Shown here: piece by piece, positions 10,446 through 21,371 of the stretch
How the letters are laid out: the number at the start of each line of letters is the position of its first letter
How positions within the stretch are numbered: position 1 is the first letter of the stretch
DNA from: Candidatus Nitrotoga sp. SPKER
GTDB taxonomy: Bacteria > Pseudomonadota > Gammaproteobacteria > Burkholderiales > Gallionellaceae
Assembly (NCBI GenBank): GCA_003402285.1
Contig: QFXG01000028.1
Coordinates: forward strand, 45,422-109,421
DNA length: 64,000 nucleotides
Reading direction: 5' to 3'
Program-made: the position numbers and the translations under genes
The notes under the pieces: generated by a model
Seen by the model: the letters and a program-made list of their open reading frames with translations, nothing else
Told to the model about the DNA's origin: nothing
The model's database searches: none

Positions 10446-11012
10446 CTATTTCCGTGCAATTTGTGGCAAGGCGAGTTTTAAGTAATAAATCATTGACCAT
10501 AATGTCAAAATAGCAGCAAGATAAATCAGCAATGTACCTAATGCATTAGCAGGCAAACCCACCAATGATTCATGACACAACAGTAACAATATGGCAATCA
10601 TCTGAAATACAGTTTTCACCTTACCCAACATGGAAACAGCAGTGCTCTTGCTTTCACCAAGCTGAGCCATCCATTCGCGTAGTGCAGAAATGGCAATTTC
10701 ACGACCTATAATAATGAAAGCAATGATCATATCCACATAGCCAAGCTTTACCAACATAATCAATGCAGCAACCACCATCAGCTTATCGGCGACCGGATCG
10801 AGAAATGCGCCAAAAGCGGAAGTCTGATTGAGCGCGCGCGCAAGATAACCATCAAGCCAATCGGTAAGAGCGGCCGACGCGAAAATCACCGTACTGAATA
10901 AATGTTTGTGGTGCAGAGAAAGTGTTGTATCAGGCAGGTAAAACACCCCGAGAAACACCGGTATAAGCATAATACGCAACCAAGTCAACAGATTTGGGAT
11001 ATTAAGTGGCAT
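10446..11012 (-). CDS. pgsA: CDP-diacylglycerol--glycerol-3-phosphate 3-phosphatidyltransferase
   Basis: N-terminus NIPNLLTWLRI... and the CDP-alcohol phosphatidyltransferase motif D(x2)DG(x2)AR...G(x3)D(x3)D. The uvrC-pgsA-tRNA synteny matches enterobacteria. Confidence 0.95.
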   Translation of the reverse strand: MPLNIPNLLTWLRIMLIPVFLGVFYLPDTTLSLHHKHLFSTVIFASAALTDWLDGYLARALNQTSAFGAFLDPVADKLMVVAALIMLVKLGYVDMIIAFIIIGREIAISALREWMAQLGESKSTAVSMLGKVKTVFQMIAILLLLCHESLVGLPANALGTLLIYLAAILTLWSMIYYLKLALPQIARK

Positions 11013-11014
11013 GA

Positions 11015-12826
11015 TTAATGCAATTGTTGATAAATTTTTTCCGCCAGCGAGAGACTAATACCCTCTACCTGTGCTAACTCTTCCAAACTGGCTTGATACA
11101 CTCCCTGCAGCCCTCCGAACCGAGCGAGCAAATTACGCCTGCGCCGCTCTCCTACCCCGCTGATTTCTTCCAGCATGGAAGCTGTGCGTGTTTTACCGCG
11201 CTTGGCGCGGTGTCCGCTAATAGCAAAACGATGCGCTTCATCGCGCACCTGCTGAATTAAGTGTAACGCCGGATTGTCCGGCAACAATTGTAGCGGTTTT
11301 TCATGCTGCGGAAGCAATAATTGCTCTAACCCGGGCTTACGTTCCACGCCTTTGGCTACACCCATTAACGGGATTTCCATCAAGCCTAACTGTTCCAATA
11401 CCTGGCAAGCCACAGTGAGCTGACCTGCACCGCCATCTATCAAAATCAAATCGGGACGCTTGCCTTCCCCTATCTGTAATTTTTGATAGCGACGAAACAA
11501 GGCCTGACGCATGGCTGCATAGTCGTCTCCCCCAGTAATGCCGCTAATATTGTAACGCCGATACTCCGCAGTACGCATAGCCAAATTATCGTAAACGACA
11601 CAGGAAGCCACAGTCGCTTCGCCCATGGTGTGACTGATATCAAAACATTCAATACGTGACAGTTGCGGTAGCGCAAGCGCTTCGCGCAATTTCTCCAATC
11701 GAGCAAGCTGCCCAGCCTGCTGGCCTGCTTGCTGGTGTAATGTCAGCAGAGCATTTTTCAGCGCCATATCCAGCCATTGGCGCCGCTCACCACTCACACT
11801 ATGACGTATCTGCACTTTATGCCCGACCTGCTCACCAAGTAATTCTTCCAGGGTATTGGCCGCAAGAGGCGTGCTGGTGAGAATAAGAGGCGGAACACTA
11901 TGGTTTAAGTAATGCTGTGCCAGAAAAGCATACAGCACTTCGTCAGCCGCCTGCCCTTCAGCATTTTGCGGAAAAAGACTCTTGTCACCGAGATGTTTGC
12001 CACCGCGCACCATGGCCAAATTCACACACAGCACGCCATTCAACTCAGCGACAGCAACAATGTCCGCATTCGTTGCACGACCACTTTCCATGAACTGCTT
12101 TTGCTGCACCGTATGCAGCGCATGCAACTGATCGCGTAACGCAGCGGCCTGCTCATAATGTTGGGCCTCTGCCGCTTGTTCCATGGCTAGTCGCAATAAG
12201 CCGTCTACCTCACCTTGCTTACCCTGTAATAGCAAACTTGCATTACGCACATCAATTGCATAATTCTGTTGGCTAATCAGGCCAACACAAGGGGCAGTAC
12301 AACGATGAATCTGATGCAGTAAACAAGGACGAGCGCGATTAGAAAATGTGCTGTCTTCACACGTACGGATGCGAAAAATTTTCTGCAACAACTGTATGCT
12401 TTCCTTAGCGGCATGTGAGTTTGGGTAAGGTCCAAAGTATTGATGATGCTTACCAGTCGCACCACGGTAATAAGCCAGACGAGGAAAACCATGTGCGGTC
12501 AAGACGATATATGGGTAAGATTTATCATCTCTAAAAAGTATGTTATATCGTGGTTTTAAGGTTTTTATTAAGTTATTTTCCAGCAGCAGTGCCTCAGCCT
12601 CGGAGCGAGTGACCGTCACCTCAATGCGTGCAATATGCGACACCATCAAACTGATGCGCGGTGAGATATTTTTTTTCTGGAAGTAGGATGCGACGCGTTT
12701 TTTAAGCTGCCCAGCTTTGCCGACATAAAGCACTTGCCCTTGACTATCCAGCATACGATACACACCAGGCAATAAGGGCAGGCTGGCAACAAATGATTTA
12801 AGATCAAATTCGGATGCTTGGGTCAA
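11015..12826 (-). CDS. uvrC: excinuclease ABC subunit C
   Basis: 603 aa. GIY-YIG N-terminus (PGVYRMLD...LYVGKA), a UVR domain and a C-terminal (HhH)2. Confidence 0.97.
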   Translation of the reverse strand: MTQASEFDLKSFVASLPLLPGVYRMLDSQGQVLYVGKAGQLKKRVASYFQKKNISPRISLMVSHIARIEVTVTRSEAEALLLENNLIKTLKPRYNILFRDDKSYPYIVLTAHGFPRLAYYRGATGKHHQYFGPYPNSHAAKESIQLLQKIFRIRTCEDSTFSNRARPCLLHQIHRCTAPCVGLISQQNYAIDVRNASLLLQGKQGEVDGLLRLAMEQAAEAQHYEQAAALRDQLHALHTVQQKQFMESGRATNADIVAVAELNGVLCVNLAMVRGGKHLGDKSLFPQNAEGQAADEVLYAFLAQHYLNHSVPPLILTSTPLAANTLEELLGEQVGHKVQIRHSVSGERRQWLDMALKNALLTLHQQAGQQAGQLARLEKLREALALPQLSRIECFDISHTMGEATVASCVVYDNLAMRTAEYRRYNISGITGGDDYAAMRQALFRRYQKLQIGEGKRPDLILIDGGAGQLTVACQVLEQLGLMEIPLMGVAKGVERKPGLEQLLLPQHEKPLQLLPDNPALHLIQQVRDEAHRFAISGHRAKRGKTRTASMLEEISGVGERRRRNLLARFGGLQGVYQASLEELAQVEGISLSLAEKIYQQLH

Positions 12827-13476
12827 GCTAGATCACGGCTATGCAAATGTAAAACAATTGCGCTGAAAACGGCATGAAACATGGCCTCGGTCAGGCGCTT
12901 GGTCTGGGTATTGTAGCGGCTGCAATGGTAACTGTCATACAGCATGATGCCATTCGGCAGTACATGCCGCATGCCATGCGAAAATTTATAGTCTTTTATT
13001 TTCAAGTCCAGCGCACGCAGCACCGCAAAATGAGCAATCGCCCCTAAAGCCAACACAACTGCGCCCACCGGTAAAGAAACCAGTTCAGCCACCAGATATT
13101 GATTGCATTGTCGCACTTCGGCAGGCTCCGGCTTGTTCTGTGGTGGTAAGCAACGCACAGCATTCGTAATGCGGCAATCGTTTAAACTCAATTCGGGATT
13201 AGCATTGTCTGCCCCATTCAGAGGCTCGGCTTGGCTGGCAAAACCAAATCGATAAAGTGTGGAATACAACAATTTCCCTGCAAAATCGCCAGTGAACGGA
13301 CGACCTGTGCGATTCGCTCCATGCATACCGGGTGCCAATCCTACTATCAGAAGACGCGCCTGCGCATCACCAAAAGATGGCACAGGGCAAGCATAGTAAT
13401 CTGGATGCGTTTGGCGTACCTCATCCAGAAAGTTCGCCAAGCGTGGGCATAAACGACAGGTCGTTGAAAATTTCAT
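12823..13476 (-). CDS. uracil-DNA glycosylase superfamily protein (family 4/5 type)
   Basis: Motif [19 protein letters not shown], with an N-terminal Cys cluster and C-terminal H/C residues. Confidence 0.85.
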   Translation of the reverse strand: MKFSTTCRLCPRLANFLDEVRQTHPDYYACPVPSFGDAQARLLIVGLAPGMHGANRTGRPFTGDFAGKLLYSTLYRFGFASQAEPLNGADNANPELSLNDCRITNAVRCLPPQNKPEPAEVRQCNQYLVAELVSLPVGAVVLALGAIAHFAVLRALDLKIKDYKFSHGMRHVLPNGIMLYDSYHCSRYNTQTKRLTEAMFHAVFSAIVLHLHSRDLA

Positions 13477-13874
13477 ACGCTACATATCAAAATAATCGAA
13501 ATGCAAAATACCGATTTAAAAATAGATACCGTAGTTATCCATGTTTATTAAATGAAACCCAGCGAACCTTGGATACTCTTATGATTATAGAAATAAATAT
13601 GCAAATATTGTACAACTTATAGCCTGAATTACCCTCGCCTTGAACGAGGTATACGATACATTTATCAACTTAATATTTTATTTATCTAGGTAAATATTCC
13701 TAATTCGTCTGTTCTCGGCGACAGTAACATTTACTGCATTTCAAGCAGTTAGAATTATCATGCAACCTTTCTGTTGCCAGGTAACGACACAAACATTCCA
13801 ATTATCCATACCTTATCAATCAAAATATTAAAATATAATATTAATCGATTGTTTCAAAAAAGATTAATTAATGT

Positions 13875-13890
13875 TGGCACGATATATGCT
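13875..13890 (+). promoter_or_regulatory. Candidate sigma-54 (-24/-12) promoter
   Basis: TGGCACGATATATGCT versus consensus TGGCACG-N4-TTGCW. GG and GC have the correct 10-nt spacing, with one mismatch in the -12 element. It lies 49 nt upstream of the ATG at 13939. Confidence 0.4.
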
Positions 13891-13938
13891 TAGTTTATCA
13901 ATACAGCAATATTGCTGAGCTGATATTAAGGAAAAAAG

Positions 13939-14217
13939 ATGAATTATTCTTCAACTTTACAAAATAAAGCGGCCCAATCAATAGCGCTTGCTTCTATGCT
14001 GTTAATTGGCGCGATTGGCATTGTTCAGGCTGATTCTGTTACAAAAGAAGGTGCGCCGTCTTGGGCAGCTTACGACACAAACAATGATAACTCTGTTAGT
14101 TTGGAAGAAGCCACAACTAATAAAATGCCCCCCCAAATCTTCAAAGAACTGGATACCAACCATGACGGTAAATTAAGCTCTGATGAATTCACAAAAGAAA
14201 GTAAGCCTATGAAATAA
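13939..14217 (+). CDS. secreted EF-hand calcium-binding protein
   Basis: Signal peptide ending VQADS and two canonical EF loops, DTNNDNSVSLEE and DTNHDGKLSSDE. Confidence 0.8.
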   Translation: MNYSSTLQNKAAQSIALASMLLIGAIGIVQADSVTKEGAPSWAAYDTNNDNSVSLEEATTNKMPPQIFKELDTNHDGKLSSDEFTKESKPMK

Positions 14218-14255
14218 TTTAAAGTTCTGTTTTTTTCATAAAAGCTCCCCTTCTG

Positions 14256-14287
14256 GTGCGTCAGCTCCCCCTGACGCACTTTTTTTT
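14256..14287 (+). terminator. rho-independent terminator
   Basis: 9-bp stem GTGCGTCAG / CTGACGCAC with loop CTCCCC, followed by T8. Confidence 0.8.
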
Positions 14288-14412
14288 CAATCACCTGAAC
14301 AATTTGATTCATATTTAAACAAATTGAGTCAGTACAAAATCCCACATTAGGCGGGTAAACTCAAGATAACATTGATAGCGTAAGAATAGAAATTCACCCA
14401 CTCTCACCTAAA

Positions 14413-14928
14413 CTATCGTAACTCAGCACCCATAAAATCACCCTTACCAACTTCTAGGCCATTGTGCCGCAAGATCGCATAAGCGGTAGTAGCATGAAAG
14501 AAAAATTGTGGCAGACCATAGTGAGATAAGTAAGTGTGGCCAACCATTTTTTTCTCTTTTGGTGTGCCTAGTCGCAATACGATCTCACGCGTTTCGCTAC
14601 CTTCGAATTGTGCTGGCGTTAGACTTTCGATAAACAATAAGGTCTTGCTAATTCGTTCCTGTAACTCGGCGAAAGTTTGTTCGTTATCCTCATACGCTGG
14701 TACCTCAACTCCTGCCAGCCGCGCTGACACACTTTTAGCGAAATCGGCAGCAATCTGCACTTGACGAATCAAGGGAAACATATCAGGGAATAGCCGTGCA
14801 TCCAGCAATACTGTCGGTTTAAATTTTTTCTCACTAGCGAATGCTTCAGCCTTGGTCAAAATAACGCTGAGGCTGTTCAATAGCTGTTTAAAAACAGGTA
14901 CGGACGTGGTGTACATATAAGTGGCCAT
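14413..14928 (-). CDS. DUF1993 domain protein
   Basis: MYTTSVPVFKQLLNSLSVILTKAEAFA...ARLFPDMFPLIRQVQIA is typical of the DUF1993 family. Confidence 0.8.
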   Translation of the reverse strand: MATYMYTTSVPVFKQLLNSLSVILTKAEAFASEKKFKPTVLLDARLFPDMFPLIRQVQIAADFAKSVSARLAGVEVPAYEDNEQTFAELQERISKTLLFIESLTPAQFEGSETREIVLRLGTPKEKKMVGHTYLSHYGLPQFFFHATTAYAILRHNGLEVGKGDFMGAELR

Positions 14929-15277
14929 AGATTTTTCTCGGTTAGTTAATAAAAGTTATTTCCATGCACAAAAATTTTATTTTGCATGAGTAGACATGGT
15001 TTTCCTTGCAATTATGATTTTATAGGAATCTCAATTAGCATTACACTCAATTCAGCAACCAATTATTTATGATCAATATCGAGCTATTTACGAGATATTT
15101 CTGACGTGCGTTCCTGTCCATTTTTAGCTAGTGGTATACCATAACGCTTAAATATGACATCATCCAGAAAAACCAGACAAAAAAAGTAGGGCGGTATTTA
15201 TACGTTACAGTCAGCATATATGTTACGCGGAGCTAAATAGAATCTACAAGATGACCATTTATTACAAAGGTGAAATA

Positions 15278-15556
15278 ATGCTAAATAAAGAAATCGTCAT
15301 AGAAACGCTTCATTGTTTACCTAATGCGTATCCGCAAATGCTTGAAAAACGATTTCCTCATGTCCTCAATAAAATTATTGAACTCTGGGATTCCCCTCAT
15401 TGCGAAGCCTATTTCACCGATCTGTTACAACCTAATGGTCGTGGTGGTGGAAGACTCAATCGGGATGGCTTCCCAGATGAAGCGTGGCAGGAAATATTTC
15501 AACTAAACGAGCTTTGCTGGATGCGCCGGACTGAACTTGAAGACAGTCAACACTAA
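15278..15556 (+). CDS. conserved hypothetical protein (about 92 aa)
   Basis: The ORF runs 15251-15556. The internal ATG at 15278 has AAAGGTGA upstream. A strong hairpin follows the gene. Confidence 0.55.
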   Translation: MLNKEIVIETLHCLPNAYPQMLEKRFPHVLNKIIELWDSPHCEAYFTDLLQPNGRGGGRLNRDGFPDEAWQEIFQLNELCWMRRTELEDSQH

Positions 15557-15559
15557 ATA

Positions 15560-15590
15560 AACAACCCCGCCCCAAGGGGCGGGGTTGTTT
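15560..15590. terminator. GC-rich hairpin between convergent genes (probable bidirectional terminator)
   Basis: AACAACCCCGCCCC-AA-GGGGCGGGGTTGTT. A T-run (TTTATTT) is present on the minus-strand side. Confidence 0.6.
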
Positions 15591-15658
15591 ACCCGAAAGC
15601 GATTAAACAATGAAACAAGCTTTGGAATTCCATATATAGAAGCACCTTCAAGAAATTT

Positions 15659-16087
15659 TTATCCTCGAATCAGCTTGCCATTTTTCACCTTGACACGATC
15701 CCCTACCTGATAGCTAGTTTTTGAAGAATACTTAAAGGTCTGGCTTGAGCCGTCCTCCATCTCTACAAAAACATGATACCTGACCCCAGATTTTGCTTTT
15801 TTCTCCACTTGGTGACCGGCATAAGCGCCTCCGAGAACACCTCCAATAGTCGCTAAATCTTGACCTCTTCCACTTCCCACTTGGTGGCCCACTACACCGC
15901 CCAATACACCACCTGTGACAGCTCCAACACCACTTCCCTGCCCCTCGATTTTTATAGTCTTAACATCTGTGACCGTACCACACTCATTGCAAACTGCTTG
16001 AGCTGTTTGGCTAAAAATAGCGATAGTTAAGAAAGTAGATATAACCATCGTGATACGAGATGAAAGATAATATTTAGAACGTTTCAT
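15659..16087 (-). CDS. glycine-zipper 2TM domain protein (17-kDa-antigen-like outer membrane protein)
   Basis: Signal peptide, then GAVTGGVLGGVVGHQVGSGRGQDLATIGGVLGGAYAG. Confidence 0.8.
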   Translation of the reverse strand: MKRSKYYLSSRITMVISTFLTIAIFSQTAQAVCNECGTVTDVKTIKIEGQGSGVGAVTGGVLGGVVGHQVGSGRGQDLATIGGVLGGAYAGHQVEKKAKSGVRYHVFVEMEDGSSQTFKYSSKTSYQVGDRVKVKNGKLIRG

Positions 16088-16386
16088 GATTCCCCCATAA
16101 ATTTTTTGGTTAGCGTGAAAAAAGCATATAGAACGATATGTTGTTTACACATATAAATATCATCCGACGACTAGTGGATAGGATATTAATATTACCTCAA
16201 TTTTAATTACTGGCATCTTTGATTATTAATGGTGGGGGATGTATCGAAAAACTATTAATCGCGGATTATATAAATTTTGAGTTACCAACCAGAATGATTT
16301 CTTCTTATAATAATAAACATTATCTATTGATAGATTACTGGATTCACAGTAGTGCGTGTTAATTCCCATTTATTTAAAGAACACTT

Positions 16387-16740
16387 ATGACACTAAAGAA
16401 CAGTAAGCTGGACAAAATCGTGCTGGATGCACGTCAAAATGCAGAAAAACGTGCCATGGGATATCGCGAGCAAGCACTCAAAATGTATCCTTGGGTTTGT
16501 GGCCGCTGTGCCCGTACCTTTACCCGCGAAAATCTTCAGTTATTAGAAGTCCACCACAAAAACAACAACCATGACCATAATCCCCCAGATGGTAGCAACT
16601 GGGAGCTTTTATGTACTTATTGCCATGAAAATGAGCATTCGCGAGTTAAGGACTTAGCAGGTCGCTCAGATGGTAAGAGCCCAGAAACTCTGGCAACCTT
16701 TAATCCTTTCGCAGACCTTAAAAATATCTTAAAAAAATAA
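16387..16740 (+). CDS. yajD: YajD-family HNH nuclease
   Basis: GYREQALKMYPWVCGRC...HHKNNNHDHNPPDGSNWELLCTYCHENEHS...FNPFADLK is colinear with E. coli YajD as I recall it. Confidence 0.9.
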   Translation: MTLKNSKLDKIVLDARQNAEKRAMGYREQALKMYPWVCGRCARTFTRENLQLLEVHHKNNNHDHNPPDGSNWELLCTYCHENEHSRVKDLAGRSDGKSPETLATFNPFADLKNILKK

Positions 16741-16752
16741 TAGACGAAAGTA

Positions 16753-17031
16753 TCATTGAATGGATGAAAAAAATGGGCGAGAATTTTTGCTATACATCAC
16801 GGGCAAATTGAGGCGTTTGGCTTCTTTTTTTATTTTTTCTGCCAAACTATGATTAATAAAATTTGTTACCACTACGATTAACTCGGTATTTTTGGGAATA
16901 ACTCGAGATTGTTCGCCAGGCTTGCGGCCATTCCAATGTTCGATATCAACAATCCCACGACCGAAAAGTTCATTTCTGATAGTTGTGACTTTATCACCCC
17001 CTACAATTAATGCCGCCATTTGATTCCCCAT
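16753..17031 (-). CDS. DUF2325 domain protein
   Basis: ALIVGGD...IEHWNGRK...VVVTNFINHSLAEKIKKEAKRLNLPV pattern. Confidence 0.7.
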   Translation of the reverse strand: MGNQMAALIVGGDKVTTIRNELFGRGIVDIEHWNGRKPGEQSRVIPKNTELIVVVTNFINHSLAEKIKKEAKRLNLPVMYSKNSRPFFSSIQ

Positions 17032-17283
17032 ATTTAGTATGTTGGAATCAGTCTAAAAGATAAATTTCTTTTTTAAAACCAAAAAGATATTATATCTTTT
17101 GCAGTATTTAAGATATGTAAAACCAGCTAAACCAAGTGCCCACTTTGCACTGTTTTTAAGGGTCGCTGGGTTCAGCTATATTCATAAAATACATTGAATT
17201 GAATTTCTAGCTTACTCGCGTAATTTACTTACGGCACAACATAGATTTAACTACACCAATAACAACAAGTACCAGTTCTTATT

Positions 17284-18129
17284 TTAAGCTGCAACGCTTA
17301 AGGTCAAATCTACTTGTTCCCAACTAAGCGCAGGTGCAGGACGCCCAAGGAAATAGCCTTGCACCCATTGCGCCCCAGCATGTTGCGCAAGCTCAAGTTG
17401 GCTTTGGGTTTCAATACCCTCAATAATTACTTCCGCACCCAGTTCACTAATAATTTCGACCAGCTTGGGCAGAATGCGTTGCATGCGGTTATTGTGTTCT
17501 GCAAGGTGAATAATACTGCTATCCAGTTTTACATAGTCAGGCGAAAATTTGCACAACCGGTTGATATTGGAATGTTCTTTACCAAAATCATCAATGGCAA
17601 TTTTATAGCCCCGTTCACGGTAATTGACTATGGCATCATTCAGCAAATTATCTTGGCTGACTGCACTCTCATTAATTTCGATAACAACCTTATCAGTTGG
17701 CAATGAATGATTATGCAGTACTCGTTCAAATATTTTCCCATGCGAATTGACTGCCACAAGTAACTCGGGATGCACATTAAGAAATAGCAAATCTTTGCTT
17801 GGGCCCATGTTTAAATAGTTTAGCGTATGCAAAGTACGGCATAACCGATCAAATTTCACCAGCTTCTCGGCGACTTCTGCCTGTTTGAACGCGGCGGGGG
17901 GAGTGATAATATTACCTTCAAGATCGAATGCTCGTAACAATGCCTCATATCCCAAAAGTGCATGTGTGGCTAAATTGAATATTGGCTGAAACACGCTCCG
18001 CAATTGCAAACCGATGAAGTTCGCTCGTACATCATTTTCTTGAACTTCGATCCTATAATCGTTGAGATTAAGACTTAAAACATCGCGTAGCTCATTCTGT
18101 AATGCATTTAAGCGATAAAGTTGTGACAT
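17284..18129 (-). CDS. stand-alone EAL domain protein (putative c-di-GMP phosphodiesterase)
   Basis: Motifs QPIF, YEALLR, DDFG, EGIET and QGYFLGRP. No GGDEF or sensor domain. Confidence 0.9.
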   Translation of the reverse strand: MSQLYRLNALQNELRDVLSLNLNDYRIEVQENDVRANFIGLQLRSVFQPIFNLATHALLGYEALLRAFDLEGNIITPPAAFKQAEVAEKLVKFDRLCRTLHTLNYLNMGPSKDLLFLNVHPELLVAVNSHGKIFERVLHNHSLPTDKVVIEINESAVSQDNLLNDAIVNYRERGYKIAIDDFGKEHSNINRLCKFSPDYVKLDSSIIHLAEHNNRMQRILPKLVEIISELGAEVIIEGIETQSQLELAQHAGAQWVQGYFLGRPAPALSWEQVDLTLSVAA

Positions 18130-18141
18130 GACAAAATACCC

Positions 18142-19146
18142 TTATTTCCTGGAATAAATTTGGTCGAACAAACCCCCATCTTTAAAATGCACGGCTTGCG
18201 CTTGCTTCAAGCTGCCAAATACTTCATTCACAGTGAATAGCTTAAGTGGCGGCAAAGTGCCGGAATATTTCGCCAGAATCACCGGATCACGTGGGCGCAG
18301 TTCATGTTGCGCGGCGATATCTTGTGCTTCCGGTGAATACAGATGCTGTAGATAGGCTTCCGCTACTTTGCGTGTGCCGCGTTTGTCCACCACTTTGTCC
18401 ACTACGCTCACCGGCAAATCCGCTACGATGCTGATAGGCGGGTATGCGATGTCAAATTTGTCGGCACCATATTCCTGTTTGATGAGTTGCACCTCATTCT
18501 CAAAGGTAACCAGCACGTCACCGATATTACGTTGTACAAAGGCAGTGGTTGCACCACGCCCGCCGGTTTCCAATATGGGTACATTGGCGAAAATCTTGGC
18601 TATCAAGTCTCTCGCCTGCGTTTCATTCCCGCCTTGTTTAATGATAGAACCCCAAGCTGCCAGATAAGCATAGCGCCCATTGCCGGATGTTTTGGGATTG
18701 GCAATAATTACCGAAACACCAGTTTTCGCCAGATCGGCCCAGGTTTTAATGCCTTTCGGATTGCCTTTACGTACCAGAAACACTGAAGTCGAGCTGAAAG
18801 GCGAACTACCATATGGCAAACGTTCAGCCCAATTGGCTGGAACCAGATGTTTGTCTGCCAGAATGTCTACATCAATGGATTGGTTCATCGTTACTACATC
18901 TGCTTCCATCCCATCCAAAACAGACCGCGCCTGTTTGCTGGAGCCGCCATGCGACTGGTTAATGGTCAGATCATCTGCGGTTTTTTGTTTCCAGAATTTA
19001 ATAAATAACGGATTGTAATTTTTATAAAATTCGCGCGACACATCATAGGACGCATTTAACAGTGTTACCTTGGCAGCAAAACTGGGTTGCACAACTGTCA
19101 CTAATATGGCAAGCAACAGTGAGACTGGCAATAAATATTTCATCAT
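18142..19146 (-). CDS. sbp: sulfate/thiosulfate ABC transporter periplasmic binding protein
   Basis: Sbp/CysP family sequence (LLNASYDVSREFY...HGGSSKQARSV). The ORF extends to 19167, but the ATG at 19146 has AAGGAA 8 nt upstream. Confidence 0.9.
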   Translation of the reverse strand: MMKYLLPVSLLLAILVTVVQPSFAAKVTLLNASYDVSREFYKNYNPLFIKFWKQKTADDLTINQSHGGSSKQARSVLDGMEADVVTMNQSIDVDILADKHLVPANWAERLPYGSSPFSSTSVFLVRKGNPKGIKTWADLAKTGVSVIIANPKTSGNGRYAYLAAWGSIIKQGGNETQARDLIAKIFANVPILETGGRGATTAFVQRNIGDVLVTFENEVQLIKQEYGADKFDIAYPPISIVADLPVSVVDKVVDKRGTRKVAEAYLQHLYSPEAQDIAAQHELRPRDPVILAKYSGTLPPLKLFTVNEVFGSLKQAQAVHFKDGGLFDQIYSRK

Positions 19147-19223
19147 TTCACGTGTTCCTTTCATCATATTCTTCTGCGGTCACATAGCTTCTTAACTATT
19201 TTTGCTATGCCATTCTTCAATTA

Positions 19224-19254
19224 TAAAAACAGGGCAGATGCTGCATCTGCCCTG
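19224..19254 (-). terminator. rho-independent terminator after the porin gene
   Basis: Minus strand reads CAGGGCAGATGCAGCATCTGCCCTG followed by TTTTTAT. Confidence 0.75.
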
Positions 19255-19331
19255 AAACTGGACAAGGTTGTCAGGAAGGACAGGAATAGAACCTCTAAAA
19301 CTAATGCAGTACTATCCAATAATTAAAAATT

Positions 19332-20978
19332 TTAAAAGGCGTAAAGTGAAGTTTCCACATACAAAAAACTTGAGTTATCTTTACGCCCTGGCTGTATTAA
19401 CTGAGACGTTTTCTTAGTGAAGTCACCCGCCATGAAATATGCATAACCCACATTAAGTCCTATGTATTTGCTAATCGGATATCGCACGCGAATATCGAAC
19501 TCTTCTCCTATATTTTTGCCACTTTTACCAGTGGTATCGAGTAGGTTAGCTCCACCATTCCAGCGGTCAGTGGCACTGGCTAACTCATACCAGTTGTATC
19601 CAAAGTCAATTTTTAATTTACTGGTAGGATTAAGCTCAAAGCGAACCTTGGAAGCATGGATATTTTCCATCTGGATATAGTCATTATTGGACCACGGCCT
19701 GGCAAAACCAAATAAGCGCTCAAAGCGTTGACTTTTCTTATCATTTGGATTTTTATCGCCGCTAGCAAAGCCAATGCTGCCGCTAACGCGAGGCTTCCAT
19801 GCATGTTCGACGGTGTAACCTGCCTCTAGATTATAGCCGTAGGCGTCATGATCAAGCCCGCCATCCTCACCCCATTGCTTGACATAATTAACGTCGTAAT
19901 CCAGACCCGTATTGCTTACCACACCATAACCACGTAAACCAGCGGTATGAATTTCACGATCTTTACGGGCACTAGTAGCTGCAAGTGACCCATCTGAAGC
20001 ATATTGAACTTTGCTACCATTTTGTCGAAGTAAATAGTAATAGGGTTGCAGTGTGATAATTTTTGACCATTTACGCCAATCCCCGACAGCGCCATAGAAC
20101 CATTGAGCATGATCGGCTTGATCCATTGTTTCTATTAAACGAACCATGGGTTGTAGCGCAAACACGTCTGCTTGCCAGTCACTTTTTTGCTGACCTAAAG
20201 TTGCCCGTAAGCCTTGGAAGGAATTCGTTGTATTACGCCATTCATTGCGTGCAACCAGACGTCTGTCTGTTAATTCGAATGCCATGCGACCAACTTTCAC
20301 ACTGATAGGCCTGTCGTTACCCAGATCATCTTTACCTAGCGCGTCTTTAAAATACAACTCTCCGTAGCCTTGAATGAAATCAAGCTTATTAATATCCTTA
20401 TTGTCAGGTGCGAAAACACTGCCAAAGCGTCGCGAATCTTGAATTTCGATGGTAGCGCGTACCGGATCAAATTTACTTTTTACAGCAGCATAAAAGCGGT
20501 TACGAAGTAAAATGGGTGTATCTAAGGCATCCCTATTACGTCGAAAGTCATTGTCACGATATTCATAGCGAATTCGAGATTCCAGACCCAAATCGACCCA
20601 GTCCACATTTTCCAAGCCTTCTATATCTTTCAACCATGTCTTGTTGAGTTGTCTGACATAGCGGGGGGGCTCAGTTTCACGCTGCAAGCCATAGCTACGG
20701 ATTGGAACATAATAGCTGGGGTTTGCTGCCGCGGTATTTGATGCTTCCGCTTTAGACGGCTCTTTAATTTTCAAAGAAGCATTTTCCTTTTCTATCTCCT
20801 GCAATCGTTCAGATATGCGTCTTTTTTGGTCCAATTCTTCGGCTTGCTGTTGACTTAACTCCAATTCATTTGCCTGCGCAAAGGTACTTAGTGGTGTTAT
20901 TAATACAGTACCAGCCAACAGACTGGCAGTTATCCGTAACCGAAAAAAAATTTTCTTGTGTAACTGCAATGCTTTCAT
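19332..20978 (-). CDS. alginate-export (AlgE-like) family outer-membrane beta-barrel porin
   Basis: Signal peptide, a coiled-coil linker, then ESRIRYEYRDNDFRR and alternating beta-strand sequence ending in aromatic ...SLYAF. Confidence 0.75.
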   Translation of the reverse strand: MKALQLHKKIFFRLRITASLLAGTVLITPLSTFAQANELELSQQQAEELDQKRRISERLQEIEKENASLKIKEPSKAEASNTAAANPSYYVPIRSYGLQRETEPPRYVRQLNKTWLKDIEGLENVDWVDLGLESRIRYEYRDNDFRRNRDALDTPILLRNRFYAAVKSKFDPVRATIEIQDSRRFGSVFAPDNKDINKLDFIQGYGELYFKDALGKDDLGNDRPISVKVGRMAFELTDRRLVARNEWRNTTNSFQGLRATLGQQKSDWQADVFALQPMVRLIETMDQADHAQWFYGAVGDWRKWSKIITLQPYYYLLRQNGSKVQYASDGSLAATSARKDREIHTAGLRGYGVVSNTGLDYDVNYVKQWGEDGGLDHDAYGYNLEAGYTVEHAWKPRVSGSIGFASGDKNPNDKKSQRFERLFGFARPWSNNDYIQMENIHASKVRFELNPTSKLKIDFGYNWYELASATDRWNGGANLLDTTGKSGKNIGEEFDIRVRYPISKYIGLNVGYAYFMAGDFTKKTSQLIQPGRKDNSSFLYVETSLYAF

Positions 20979-21061
20979 TCAGATATTCCTTAAAATTATG
21001 GGAGATTCAGTGGTACGGTCAGCCTGAAAACAACCCTTGATCGTTTATCTCATTCTTCCCG

Positions 21062-21277
21062 TTATAATTTTGCAATTGATATTTCGGTAGATTTCACTAA
21101 TGCCACTACGTCTGAGCCAATACTTAACTCCAACTCGTTGATAGAACGGGTGGTAATAACTGAAGTTACCGTGCCAAATGGCGTGCCTACCACGACTTCC
21201 GATACCACGGATCCGGTTACAATTTCAATTATCTTGCCCTTGAATTGATTCCTTGTATTAATTGCTTTGATGGTCAT
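21062..21277 (-). CDS. TOBE-domain (Mop-like) molybdate/sulfate-binding protein
   Basis: NQFKGKIIEI..G.V.SEV...VTSVIT..S...L.L..G..V.ALVK typical of single TOBE proteins. The ATG at 21277 is preceded by GGAGG. The track ORF extends to 21337. Confidence 0.8.
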   Translation of the reverse strand: MTIKAINTRNQFKGKIIEIVTGSVVSEVVVGTPFGTVTSVITTRSINELELSIGSDVVALVKSTEISIAKL

Positions 21278-21371
21278 TTTTCCTCCGGAATATTGGTCAT
21301 ATCTAACCGACTGCATATCGATCCTGATATTGAACACTGTTACATTTATATTGGTATCAGCAATAAGTTCA

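Noticed and set aside
17082-17100. Perfect AT-rich palindrome AAAAGATAT-T-ATATCTTTT upstream of the DUF2325 gene
   Set aside because: A 9-bp inverted repeat of almost pure A/T is expected by chance about once in a 64-kb window of this composition, and no second copy was seen.
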